Under the pieces are notes generated by a model that had not been told where the DNA came from, made no database searches, and saw only the letters and a program-made list of their open reading frames with translations. Positions 19,915-30,821 of a stretch of DNA of 64,000 nt are shown piece by piece; within the stretch, counting starts at the first letter, position 1, and every line of letters starts with the position of its first letter. The translations under genes and the position numbers were made by a program. This DNA comes from Diplonema japonicum (Eukaryota > Protista > Euglenozoa: Diplonemea): assembly GCA_964019335.1 (NCBI GenBank), contig OZ025696.1, positions 124,001 through 188,000 of the forward strand. The letters run 5' to 3'.

Positions 19915-22479
19915 TCACACAGTTTCGTACTTGTCAGCAGTTGTCCCAGGGAGTTTAGAAGGGCATCTCCCCATGAAGCTCGTCGCTGTAGTGATGCTAG
20001 TGGAGTCGCTGTCATGGCCCAGCCAAGCAGGAGAGGGCTCCTTCAGCATCCGCAGAGGAACAGTCTGCGGGTGGCGGAGGTTCGGGTTACTGCTCTGCAG
20101 CCTGCCGATGAACAAGGCCAAGGGGGAGGGGTCGTTTTTCCCCCCCGTCCCCGTCCCTGCCGCTGCGTCGATGGCAAGGAGGGACTCCACGAAGGAGGTG
20201 AGTTGTTTAGAGGTGTACTTGTTTTCAACAAGGCCCTTGAAGGTCTCGGTGTAGTCGGGGGGAAGGGGTAGCGGGGGCGCCCCTTCCTTCAGGAGCTGGT
20301 ACACGTTGAAGACTGCACCGCTGATCGTCCACACGTCAAGCAGCATTGTCGCCCTCCTGATGGCAGGCTCTGTCGTCACCCTCACCGAGTCCGTGTCCTC
20401 CCCGATAAGACAGTACACGGAGGCCTCAGCTGCAGCCCGCGCGCATGCCTGTGCGAGGCTCAGAACCCCTCCTGCAGAGATCATGAACCGCTGCTTATCC
20501 GTCCCGACAGACCCGCTGACGATCCTCCCTGTCGACAGCCCCATCGTGCTCCCGTGCTCTCCCACGATCCCAGAGGTGATGTGCGCGCATCGGACAGCTT
20601 GTGCCGTGTGCTGCAAGCACACCTTCCCTATGTTCCACGTCACGCAGCAGGCCAGCCCTGTTACCGAGGTTGCCGTCCCCTGCGTTTTCTCCACCGACTC
20701 CAGCAAGGCGCAGATCACCTCGTTCGAAGCATGATGCGCATTCTTCTTGAACGCACCTGCCTCCAGGAAGGAGTAAGAGAGCTCAATGAAGCCGTAGGTC
20801 GCGATCGATGTGTGCATCCGAGACCTGAAGACTGTCGGGGCTAAAAAGGCCTTTCTTCCCACCGCTGTGTTGTTCGTTCCGTTGGGAGAGGTACCGCCCA
20901 TGGGGGAGCCAGGGATAGAACTGCGGGAGTGCTTGATCCTCCACCTGGCGTGGTGTTCAGACACCTTCCTCGAAGACATCCCAACAGTGAAGAGAAGGAA
21001 GAGCGTCGGGTCCACGGAGACCCCCTTCAGCGACACCTTCCCCAGATTCACCTTCTGAAAGCCTGCTGTTGCTTGGTCCCGTTCAAGCTCCCCCAGAACC
21101 TCATCTGTCACTGAGATCGCCCCACCGATCCCCTTCGACTCAATCCGAGAAGCCTTATTCACTGTCGGCCCGAAGTAGTCATACCTCTTCGTCACAGGGT
21201 TTTGTTCTGCTTCGACAGGGCCGTGGTGTACCCCCATCCTCACCTTCAGCCCTTCTTGGTAGTCGGGGACAGCCGTGATCTCCTTCGGCCATGAAGCAGC
21301 GAGAAGCCCCTCTTGAGCTGCCAAGCAAAACCGCACAGCGTGAACGGTCGACTCAAAGGCCACCATGAAGGAGTCCCCGATGGTCTTCACCTCGTAGCCA
21401 CGGTTTGCAACTAGCGCCTTCCGCATCACGTGGTTGTGCGTCCGCAGCGCCCGCTTCATCCCCTTCGCCGACGCCTCCCACAGCATCGTCGAGGCCTGGA
21501 TGTCCGTGAAGACGATCGACGCAGTCTGCTTTGGTGCCGGCTGTGTCGAGGGCTGCAGATGGGCGTTGTCATGCTCATTGTCAGTGTCGTTGCTGTCATC
21601 ATCGCCTACGGTGCTTAACAGGTCGGTCTTGGAGTCACGGGACAGGAGGTGTGCAGGGAGGTAGGGTTTGTACATCTTCAGGTTGTCCAGAAGGTCCTGC
21701 AAGGGGCTGACAAGGCGGTTGTCCTTACCAGTCTCCGAAGCGGAGAACTGCGCAAGCAAGGCCTCCGCCTTCTGCAGGTCGAAGCGCACAAGGCACTCAC
21801 CGATTTCCGTTGCAACCGCAACTGACTCGTCCATAACCTCCTCGTGGTGCCTGGTCGAGGTGGCGAACCACTTCGTCATGCTGAAGTCGCACATGAAGAG
21901 CAGCCCACGTATCATAAAATTCTGCAGGCCAGCACTTAATGTGATCCTGGGGCGGGCTTCTCTTCTCATGTCGGTGGGTATGTCATACAAACCAAACCGG
22001 TACACCTCCTCCAAGGACTTAACAAGGAGGTATACGATGAAAACGTTTCTCATGGAGGCGCTCATGCCATCTCGAAAACCCGCCAGGCATGCCCAGTCGT
22101 GAAGGATGATAGCACCCGCCCAAATGTCCCACAAGCCCTTTGTCTGCGCGTCCCAAAACAGCACCAACAGAAACGAAAGGAACACAAATAGTTCTGACGC
22201 TGCAATGGGCAGTCTCTTGAATACAATGGCATAGCTGAGATATCCAATAGAGATGCCTATCTGGTAGAAGATCGTTGGCCCTGTTTTCCACTGTTTCTGT
22301 GATACAATGTTGATGCTGTAGCCTAGGTACAGGAATAAATATGCCACGGTGACGGGGACGATGATCATCTTCGCTCTGTGCTCTTCTTTCGTGTCGTCGG
22401 GGTGCGTTACGAGGCGGAGTACTGGGGCGAAGACCTTCATCGCCGCTGACTCAATGACACCTCGGTGCCTCGAGGCCAT
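19915..22479 (-). CDS. Multi-TM class III adenylate cyclase with degenerate second cyclase-like domain
   Basis: IVFTDIQAST, GYEVKTIGDSFM, RMGVHHG, RYDYFGPTVNKASRIE; N-terminal TM helices. Confidence 0.9.
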   Translation of the reverse strand: MASRHRGVIESAAMKVFAPVLRLVTHPDDTKEEHRAKMIIVPVTVAYLFLYLGYSINIVSQKQWKTGPTIFYQIGISIGYLSYAIVFKRLPIAASELFVFLSFLLVLFWDAQTKGLWDIWAGAIILHDWACLAGFRDGMSASMRNVFIVYLLVKSLEEVYRFGLYDIPTDMRREARPRITLSAGLQNFMIRGLLFMCDFSMTKWFATSTRHHEEVMDESVAVATEIGECLVRFDLQKAEALLAQFSASETGKDNRLVSPLQDLLDNLKMYKPYLPAHLLSRDSKTDLLSTVGDDDSNDTDNEHDNAHLQPSTQPAPKQTASIVFTDIQASTMLWEASAKGMKRALRTHNHVMRKALVANRGYEVKTIGDSFMVAFESTVHAVRFCLAAQEGLLAASWPKEITAVPDYQEGLKVRMGVHHGPVEAEQNPVTKRYDYFGPTVNKASRIESKGIGGAISVTDEVLGELERDQATAGFQKVNLGKVSLKGVSVDPTLFLLFTVGMSSRKVSEHHARWRIKHSRSSIPGSPMGGTSPNGTNNTAVGRKAFLAPTVFRSRMHTSIATYGFIELSYSFLEAGAFKKNAHHASNEVICALLESVEKTQGTATSVTGLACCVTWNIGKVCLQHTAQAVRCAHITSGIVGEHGSTMGLSTGRIVSGSVGTDKQRFMISAGGVLSLAQACARAAAEASVYCLIGEDTDSVRVTTEPAIRRATMLLDVWTISGAVFNVYQLLKEGAPPLPLPPDYTETFKGLVENKYTSKQLTSFVESLLAIDAAAGTGTGGKNDPSPLALFIGRLQSSNPNLRHPQTVPLRMLKEPSPAWLGHDSDSTSITTATSFMGRCPSKLPGTTADKYETV

Positions 22480-22959
22480 CTTTTTATTTCTTTATTTTTT
22501 ATTTCACCTTTTCTTTTTGAGAATCTCTATCGAGAGAGGGAAAAAAAAAAAAGAAAACATTGAAAGTGTAATATTATCGTCCAAAAAAAAAAAACTCTTT
22601 TTTTTTTTCTTTCCCTTTTTTTTTTTCTTTTTTTCGCTCGCTGGGGCGTTTTGGTTTCTTTTTTTTGCGCACCCGATATTTGGAAACATAAAAAAAAAAA
22701 AAGAAAGTTAAAAAAAAAAAAAAAGAGAGATTAAAAAAAGAAAAGAAAGAGGAACTGCGCTGTTTGGTTTGCGAATAAATCTTCTATTCGTCTTTTTTTT
22801 TCTTCTTTTTCTAGCACTGACAAAGAAAATAATCAAAAATCCAAAAAAATGAAAGAGGGAAAAAGAAACGAACGGGACTAATCGGCCATGTTGTCATCAA
22901 GAAGTCCTCTCCCTTTCGAAAAAAAAAAAAAAAAAATCTACTGCCTGCGAGAGGTGAAA

Positions 22960-22990
<31 letters not shown>

Positions 22991-23008
22991 ACTAGTATCT
23001 CATTCCTT

Positions 23009-23605
23009 TTACAATTCGTCATCATGGTTGCTGGCCTTCTGCTTCTGTTCAAGTTCTTGCTTCTCTTTGTAATTCATGAGAAGCTGGTGAGTTTTGGGGT
23101 TCGTACGCTTGTTAACGACATCGAGAAGGGTACGGCCATCAAGCAGGGTGAGATCGAAGGGAACACCAGCTTCAAGGAAGGTTTGCACAGTGCGGGTGTG
23201 CCGCATCTCTGTTCCCCACAGAGCGCGGTGAATAGGGAAATACCCGTCCTTGTGCTTGCTCATGGGATCTACACCATGCTTGATTAAGATTTGGGCGATT
23301 TCAGGCCTTCCTTGAAACCCCGAGCCGTGGATGGGCGTGTATCCATCCTTCTCCGGGACCTCTGGGTCCGCGCCCATGTCAAGCAATGCCTGGACGCTCT
23401 CAGTCTTACCGCTCAGGGTCGCAAGCATTAGAGGGCTCTGCCCACCGCCTCCCTTCTCATTTATATCAACCTCACCCTTTGCCACCAGTGCTTTGATCCC
23501 CTCTGCGTCATTCTTCTCCACCAATTTATGAAGCGGCCCACCAATGACCCTGCCCTCACAGCTGCACAGTGCCACTGCTATTAGTGCCAGCGGTGCTACC
23601 TTCAT
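23009..23605 (-). CDS. Ankyrin-repeat protein with signal peptide and C-terminal DDEL
   Basis: MKVAPLALIAVALCSC signal; QSPLMLA, YTPIHG, YFPIHRA repeats; ends HDDEL*. Confidence 0.85.
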   Translation of the reverse strand: MKVAPLALIAVALCSCEGRVIGGPLHKLVEKNDAEGIKALVAKGEVDINEKGGGGQSPLMLATLSGKTESVQALLDMGADPEVPEKDGYTPIHGSGFQGRPEIAQILIKHGVDPMSKHKDGYFPIHRALWGTEMRHTRTVQTFLEAGVPFDLTLLDGRTLLDVVNKRTNPKTHQLLMNYKEKQELEQKQKASNHDDEL

Positions 23606-24260
23606 CTTTTTTTTTTTTATGGAAAAGAAATTGCTGAACAATTTGGTTTTTCTTTTCTTTCTTTTTTAATCGGTTTGAAAAAAAAAAAAGGAGTCAAAAA
23701 AAAAAAAAAAAAAGGGTAACGTTGGGAATATATAATATGAGTTAAGGAGGGTTTTTGTGTGTTTTCTTTTATTTTTTTTTTCCCCCTTTTTTTTGCGGCA
23801 CCAAAGCCTCCATTGCTCATCGTTTGCAGGGAACGGCACAGCGGTTAGGTGTCTCTTGATGGTCTCGAGGCTCGTTATAGCGCCGCACGTTGCCTCGCAA
23901 GAAGAAAACTCCCTCTTTTTAGCAAATAACAAGTTCATTACCAACTTTTCTTGTGTCAAGCAATAAAAAAAAAAGAAAAAGAAAAGAGAAAAAAAAAAGA
24001 AAAAGCTGGTGCGTTGTTGGCCACCAAATAGTTAGGATAATTAATAATTAACTGAAAGATTAGAAAAAAATAGGGGAAAAAAATGGTGGGGCTTTTTTTT
24101 TTCTTCTTCTTCTTCTTCCTTTTCTTATTATCCCGTTTCTTTTTTTTTTAAAAAAATCTTTATAAGCAATGAAAGAGACAGCTCAAAATAAAAAGCCTCG
24201 CCCTTCAACACAAGATCATTAGGACCAGTGGAGGGCGGCAGGCTGGAGGTTAGAATGAGC

Positions 24261-25202
24261 TCACTCTTCACCGGCGTTCTGTTCCAAGATGCGAACAATG
24301 TCGCAAAAGCCCCTTCCCGACGCCACCGCAAGAGGAGTCTCGCCCAGAAGGCTGCAATGAGTGGTACTGGACCCATGCTCAATGAGCGACTGAACGATGT
24401 CAAAATGTCCTTTTTTGCATGCAGCGTGTAACGGCAAACGTCCCTTGAGATCGGGAATGTTAGGGTCGGCCCCGGAAGACAACAGTATCTTCATAACTGC
24501 GACACGTCCGTGAATGGAGGCCAAGGAGAGAGGAGAGAAGCCATACCCATCTCTTCTATTGACACTTGCACCATGAGCAATGAGAATTTCAGCAGTTTCC
24601 AAACAATCCGAAAGCACAGCGTACCCCAAGAGGGAATGCCCCGGTGAGTAAGGTACACCGTTGGGGTCTATCCCAAGCTCGAGGAGGCTTTCCACCATCT
24701 CTTTATCGTTCTTAGACACAGCATCACAGGCTGCCCATACATTTCCCTCGAGAGCACTGTGTTTTGCCAGGCTTCCTAAGATCTCATACGCCCTGTTTTG
24801 TATAGCTGTTTTGAGCATTTCTGTTTTCGTAGCCGATTCCATTTTCAACCCCACCACCTCCCCCGTGGCTAGAAGCAGTGCTACTTTTGCGGGGTCGTTG
24901 GATTTTACGTACTTAGCCACTCCTTCTAAGTTTACAGATTGCCTTAGGTTGTGACGGTCGACCTCCCTCCATGCGTGTGCTTTCTTGGATATCGTTACTT
25001 TGAGCACGTCTCCCCCGTGGATGCCCACTTCTTGGAGTATTGTGTAGTCTGTCAGCTCGTTGCCCTCGAACTGCAGCTCTAGCGAACCTAAGGCAAAGCC
25101 TTCTTTCTTGCAGTAGTCTGCCTTGATGTCCTTCCCTGTTGTGCGCTCTTGCAGCGTGTAAGAAGAAGGGTCGCTCCCATCGAGCTGCACAAAGATCTCC
25201 AT
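24261..25202 (-). CDS. Ubiquitin-like + ankyrin-repeat protein
   Basis: MEIFVQL...LQFEGNELTDYTILQEVGIHGGD ubiquitin-like N-terminus; ~5 ankyrin repeats. Confidence 0.85.
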   Translation of the reverse strand: MEIFVQLDGSDPSSYTLQERTTGKDIKADYCKKEGFALGSLELQFEGNELTDYTILQEVGIHGGDVLKVTISKKAHAWREVDRHNLRQSVNLEGVAKYVKSNDPAKVALLLATGEVVGLKMESATKTEMLKTAIQNRAYEILGSLAKHSALEGNVWAACDAVSKNDKEMVESLLELGIDPNGVPYSPGHSLLGYAVLSDCLETAEILIAHGASVNRRDGYGFSPLSLASIHGRVAVMKILLSSGADPNIPDLKGRLPLHAACKKGHFDIVQSLIEHGSSTTHCSLLGETPLAVASGRGFCDIVRILEQNAGEE

Positions 25203-26137
25203 TTTCTTTTTCTTTTAATCTTCTTTTTAATTTAAGAGACGGGGCTTGCAAAACAAAGGGGGGGGGGGAGGGGGGTATCGAAAATACTCTTCATAAAACC
25301 CCATTTTATTATTCATTTCTTTCCGCTTTATTTTTTTTTTTTTCCCCGTTCCCTTTGCACTACAATTTTGTTGTAGCTTAAAAAGAGAGAGGTAAGGGTT
25401 AGCATTTAAAAAAAGATAGGGGGGGGGGAGAGAGAGAGAGAGAGAGAGAGAGGAATGGAGCATGAGCGACAGGAAAATAATAAGGGAAAGAAGACCCCAG
25501 TGGCCAGAGATATCATGAAAACACACCTTGACCTGAAAAGCACTCCCAGAAAAAAAATAAACCTTTCCAGCGTCTGCCTTAAATCTTTGTTGATGTTGAG
25601 ACAAAAAAAATCCATCAAAATCCAAGTACAACCCCCATCGTTTCTTTCAGAAGCCATCAGAGACCAAGTGCTACAGCATGCCTGTGGACCCTATCGAGGT
25701 TCATCACACAAAAAGTAAAAGAAAATAACACATCCTCTTTTCCCCCTTCTTTTCGTTATTTTCTATAATTACCGTAAAAAAGCGAAAAATTCCGGGAAAA
25801 GGTTGCTCAAAGTACTTGCTTCGGGTTGGGGGAAAAAGGGCACTAGAATAAGAAGAAGAAAAAGAGACGTTTAAGGGTACCTAAAAAAAAAAAGAAAGAA
25901 ATGTCGTCACCCACGGCCAATGATGCCATTAAGACCTGAAATTCCGTGGCCTTTGGACAAAAGAGTCATGATCGGCCGGTTTTGCTGATCCTGCTGATCG
26001 TTGTTGACCTTAACTATATAACGGACCATCAGAGTCTCCGGACTGAAAAGGCGGGGATATGGGGGTGGGAATCAAAAAAAAAAGATTTTTGTTTAGGTCT
26101 GTAAATAATTTATTTTTTTTCTTTTTTTTTTTTTTTT

Positions 26138-26947
26138 TTATGAGATCTCAACAAGAGCATCGACAATACGCCCGCACCCGTGATAAATAGCAACATGAAT
26201 GGGAAGCTGCCCGCGTGAATTCGGGATATCAGGGTTGGCACCGGCAGCAAGGAGAGCCTGAAGTATGGGAAGGTTGCCACGGCTAGCAGCGATACACAAA
26301 GGCGTCTCGCCACAGGGATCGTGCAAATCAACATCAGCATTGTAATCGATCAGAGCAGCAACGGACCCTAAACTCCCATTCCGGATGACATGGCCTAGAG
26401 GAGCAACGAGCACCGCTCCCGTGCAGTAGTTTGGGTCAGCACCAAGTTCAAGTAGCTTCTCCACAATCTCAGGGTCATCTGTCGTCGATATTATCCCGCC
26501 TGCGCTGCTTAGGTCCACACCGTTGGCCGCGAAGACTTCGAGAATTCTGAACGCTCTGATCTTCACTGCTGCACGTAGATCCTTCCAGAACAAGCCCTCC
26601 ACCTTCCCTGTCGCCATTACCAAGGCAAACAGTTCGGCGTCGTTCGACTTCAAGCACGACCGGGCTCCTGACAGGCTTACCAGGTTGCTCAAGCCAAGCT
26701 GTCGGAGTTCTCTCATTGCCCTTATCTTTACTGGTACTACTACTGTGATTGTCTCCCCTTCTTGGATCCCCGTGTCTCGGATGGGGAGATCGTCGGATGC
26801 CACCGTGCCTTCGAAGTGTAGCTCGCACGACTCCAGTTCGAAGCCTTCCTTCTCGCAATAGTCTGCTTTGATGTCCCTGCCTGTAGTCTGCTCTTGCAGG
26901 GTGTATGGGACCGCGCTGTGGCCTTCGAGCTGAACGAAGATCTCCAT
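26138..26947 (-). CDS. Ubiquitin-like + ankyrin-repeat protein, C-terminally shorter paralogue
   Basis: Same architecture as 24261-25202; stop codon TAA merges into an A-tract. Confidence 0.8.
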   Translation of the reverse strand: MEIFVQLEGHSAVPYTLQEQTTGRDIKADYCEKEGFELESCELHFEGTVASDDLPIRDTGIQEGETITVVVPVKIRAMRELRQLGLSNLVSLSGARSCLKSNDAELFALVMATGKVEGLFWKDLRAAVKIRAFRILEVFAANGVDLSSAGGIISTTDDPEIVEKLLELGADPNYCTGAVLVAPLGHVIRNGSLGSVAALIDYNADVDLHDPCGETPLCIAASRGNLPILQALLAAGANPDIPNSRGQLPIHVAIYHGCGRIVDALVEIS

Positions 26948-27217
26948 TCCTTTTTTTTTTTTTTTTTTGAATAAAGAGAAGGGCGTTTCGTTTTTTTTTT
27001 TTCCTTTGCAGGGATTTAAAAAAAAAAAGGAGAAGAAAAAAAAAATATAGTGGGTTAAAAGGAAAGTTTTTGTAAGATGCCCCCCCCCCCCCCCCCCCCG
27101 GAATGGGGGAAAAAAAAGCAACTCGCATAACAGGAGAGGTGTTGTTTACCCCCCCCAAGAAAAATTATAATAATAACGTTGGTGTATTCCTTCCCCTTCC
27201 CGCCCACAAGTTCTTTT

Positions 27218-28378
27218 TTACCCTTTAATTGTGAATGCCGACCCGTTTTCAGCTTTCTGCAGCCTTTCGACCAGTGCGTCCCCGCCCACAGTAGCAGGGG
27301 TCATGAACCCTGTTTGAGTTTGCGGTGTGAACGCCAGTATTAAGGCCAGCTCCGCCACCATGATGGACGTTGCCTTGTACCCAGGGTCGCAGTGCATGGT
27401 GAGCTGCACTGTCTTCCCCGTGTTGCTGACAAACAACAGATCGGCGTATCCGTTAAGAAGCTGTTTTGCAGAAGGCCCCTGACCAGGCTTGTTGAACACG
27501 AACCTGAAGGCCAGCCAGCGAAGCGGCGGAACCACCATAATCACCCCGAGAAGCAGCACCCCAATAAAGTATAAAACAGCCCACAAGAAATTCCCGCTAA
27601 GCTTCTGTTCCTTGTAAGTATGTAACGCCCCACCCTCGAGCGAGGCGGAACGTGTAACAACACGGGCATTGACGGATCCCATCCATGGCCCTGTCCAACC
27701 AGATTCGGGTTTCTTCACAGGCCAGATCCCAACAGACCCTGAGTTTTTAAAAGACATAACCGGCTTCAAATTAGGGCACAAATAATTAGCGTCAAGAACG
27801 GACCTCACGAGCTCTCGCCTGTCGTTGGAGATAAGCTGGCGAATGGTTTCAAGTGTACCCCCTGAAGCGGTTCCTTTGAAGGATTTTACGTAACATGTAA
27901 TGTCTGTTAAACCCGGATCAGATTGGCGAAGCAGGTACGACCCAAGATCGGCTGGTGTGGAGTCGAACCCAGCCATTGGGCAAATCACAGAACGGATACT
28001 TTCGGTCGGGCGGGGTATGGTCATCATTTTGCGCACCCATGTGATTTCACCGGTAACGTCAACATAGTGGGTTGCTTTTGTAATGCAGGCTTCTATGAGG
28101 TTTGGTCCTGCGAGGGCGAAGGGTCCAGCACAGTTTATCACCACATCGGTATTCGCGGCCATGTCTTCAAGAGCACTAAGGTCTGAGGAGTCAGCCAAGA
28201 CTGCGGCCACCCTTTCCCCTAAGGATGCTGCTAGCTTTTGTAGGTTGTGCTTGTTCCTCCCCGCCACGGCCCATGTAATGTTACCTTTTTGTATTTCGTG
28301 GTGCTGAGAGAGGTACTTTGCTACCAATCCCCCTGTGAAGCCTGTTGCCCCATACACGGTTATCTTGTACTCTCGCAT
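27218..28378 (-). CDS. Saccharopine dehydrogenase-like oxidoreductase (SCCPDH/trans-acting enoyl reductase family)
   Basis: YGATGFTG, AVAGRN, INCAGPF, HYVDVTGE, GFDSTPADLG, SGGTLET, PGQGPS, DPGYKATS. Confidence 0.9.
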   Translation of the reverse strand: MREYKITVYGATGFTGGLVAKYLSQHHEIQKGNITWAVAGRNKHNLQKLAASLGERVAAVLADSSDLSALEDMAANTDVVINCAGPFALAGPNLIEACITKATHYVDVTGEITWVRKMMTIPRPTESIRSVICPMAGFDSTPADLGSYLLRQSDPGLTDITCYVKSFKGTASGGTLETIRQLISNDRRELVRSVLDANYLCPNLKPVMSFKNSGSVGIWPVKKPESGWTGPWMGSVNARVVTRSASLEGGALHTYKEQKLSGNFLWAVLYFIGVLLLGVIMVVPPLRWLAFRFVFNKPGQGPSAKQLLNGYADLLFVSNTGKTVQLTMHCDPGYKATSIMVAELALILAFTPQTQTGFMTPATVGGDALVERLQKAENGSAFTIKG

Positions 28379-28412
28379 TATTTCTTTTTTTTTTTTTTTG
28401 CTTTTTTTATTT

Positions 28413-30116
28413 GGGAAAAACACCGTTCACGGTAAGCAAATAACTTTTTTCCACCGTTTCCTTAAACCTAAAATTCTTTTTCCACCAAGTACGGTAACCT
28501 GCAACTTTTTTCCACCAAGTACGGTAACCACAACTTTTTTTCCACCGTTACTGTAATCATCAAGTTTTTTTTTATGCAACTACAAACTTTTTTTCCACCA
28601 AACACGGTAACCTGTATCATTTTTATGCCTGATTAGGGTTTATCATAAAATGTAGTATGAGGTGCAAAAATAATGATGGCATGGCAAAATTAAAGGAAAA
28701 AGACCCCAGGCGGGAGGGGAGGGGGAAGGGGGGGGACTACCCTGAAGGCTGGGTCTTCAACTGGGAAAGAACTTCGAGGAGTAACTGGGACTGAACCCCA
28801 CCAGTTGGGAAATGGGGGTTTTTGAAGGTAATCTTTCTGCAGTTGCTGCACATATTCTTCCCCTCCCCTCACTCCGCTTCCTCTTCGCCGGCCTGCGGGG
28901 GGCGAGGGGTGGAGAAGTACATCAGACGCCATGCAGAGACCTTGAGGTACTCTGCAGATCTGACGTGTCTTTTGAAACTTTTCGGGCCACAGCGCAGATG
29001 TGGACACAAGGTATACCCAACACCTGCAGCTCACAGCAAGTGCACCCAATTCTCCCATGTGCCCATTCTGCGTACTTAGTGGAATTGGTTTCCCTTACGT
29101 CAAAAAACAGCCTCTTCCAGGTCGCACCACAACTTGGAGCGGTTGTACGCCTTCTCGGCAATTTGGGGGCAAAGCCCAGTGGCAGAGTCGGGTATTCGAT
29201 CTCGCGTGGAGGTGATCATTTTCGCGTCCCTGAGGCGGATCCACTCTATACAAGAAAGGATGTTTAGGCACGTGCCTCACGCAGAATACTTGAACCCTGG
29301 GAAAGTAAGCTCTCGACAAAATTCGTCGAACGGTCCCCGAAGGTGCAGACTGGAACATGTGATAATGCCCAGTGCTCCAAGGGCTGAGCCAATAAGTACT
29401 TGAGCACGGCTTTGCCCATTTGAGTGTTCTCAACCTTTCTTTTGTTTCAAACGGGCAAAAGTTAAAATACCTCGTCTCTGGCTTTCTTGAAGTTATAAAT
29501 AGCTTTCGCAAGCTTCCAGAAAAGGTTCTTCCCATTGGTTCTGAACCCCGGTTGGGCCTGCACGTTCCCCCCAAGGTGCACACAGCACCTACCGATGTGG
29601 CAGTCCTTGGACTCCTTCTTGAGGACCTTTTCGGGGCCTTTCTGCAGGTATTCTTACCTTGCCCATCTTGAAATGAGAAAAAAAAAAAGGTTGCAAATAC
29701 TCGAAAATACAAAAAAAAGATCCAAAATTTTCGAAAAACTAAAAATGGGAACAATAGAAAGGTTTCATGGGAAAGTGTAAAAAAAGTTCTGGGTTACCGT
29801 GGATGGTGGGAAAAAAGTTTTGGGTTTCCATACTTGGTGGAAAAAAAGTTATGGGTTTCCGTACTTGGTGGAAAAAAAGTTGTGGGTTACCGTGGATGGT
29901 GGAAAAAAAGTTCCAACATACATGGTTTAGTGGAAATAAGATTAGGTTACCGTGGACAGTGGAAAGTTTATTAAAAAAAACCGTTTTGGTGGAAAAAAAA
30001 GTTATGATTACCGTACTTGGTGGAAAAAAAGTTCCAAGTTACCGTGAATAGAGGTAAACTGCTTACAGTACTTGGTGGAAAAAAGTTATTTGCTTACCGT
30101 GAACGGTGTTTTTCTC
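28413..30116 (-). mobile_element. Mutator-like (MULE) DNA transposon, 1704 bp, non-autonomous
   Basis: 43-bp TIR gggaaaaacaccgttcacggtaagcaaataacttttttccacc (one mismatch); 9-bp TSD tttttattt at 28404-28412 and 30117-30125; subterminal ttccaccaagtacggtaacc repeats inverted at both ends. Confidence 0.92.
28920..29670 (-). pseudogene. Decayed MuDR-type transposase with SWIM zinc finger
   Basis: Frameshifted pieces QKG..CHIGRCCVHLGGN..LFWKLAKA, FGDRSTNFVES..LREAR, CTCCELQVLGIPCVHICAV. Confidence 0.85.
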
Positions 30117-30676
30117 TTTTTATTTTTTTGCGTTAGAAGAGCTTCAGAAAAAGACAGGGGAAAAAGAGGGGGGGGGGGGAGAGTGGGGTCTAGAACCGTT
30201 TGGGCATTCTGTGAGAGGTCACCTCTCTGCCCCAAAGAAAAATAAATGGCTTTATACTTTTTTTTTTTCTTCTTCTTTTTCTTCTTCTTTCTTTTCTTTT
30301 TTTTTTTTTTTTAAAGTTAGGATCTTTTTCTTTTTCTTTTTTTATTTTGTTTTGTTTTTAGATATGACAGAAACAAAAAGGCCTTTTTCAATTCATGCAA
30401 AAAAAAAAAAAAAAAAAAAAAAAAAGATCAGGAAGAAAGACACAACTCTACCCTAGAAACGTTCGCAAAGACTACATCACTGAAGTTAGTGTTGGAGAAT
30501 GGGCTTAAGTGCAGTCGGTACTAAAACCTTTTTTTTTTTCTTCATTCTGATTGGGGGAGTTACTTCATAAAGCGAAAGCTTCCGCTTTCTTTTCCTCCCG
30601 ACCTCTAATTTTTCATTTTCGTCATTTTCTTCTTCTTCACTCTCATAATTACACGACCCGTGTAAATATGATTGAG

Positions 30677-30707
<31 letters not shown>

Positions 30708-30783
30708 CAAGCCTTAGAAAGTGATGTTCTAGTTTCGCTAGCCCAGCAGGAGCTTGTAAATCTTGTGAATACCAGGAAAAAAA

Positions 30784-30821
30784 AATTCACTATGACAGGA
30801 ACGAAGTGGTTAGCAACGGCC
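30784..30821. repeat. Family C 38-bp dispersed repeat
   Basis: One mismatch to the other two copies. Confidence 0.9.

Noticed and set aside
25901-26073. Extra exon completing the truncated Ubl-ankyrin gene, or a C/D snoRNA
   Set aside because: No minus-strand frame is ankyrin-like, there is no convincing donor, and the box motifs are too weak.
28441-30100. Short regularly spaced repeats resembling a CRISPR array
   Set aside because: They are inverted subterminal repeats of the Mutator element; no unique spacers and no cas genes.
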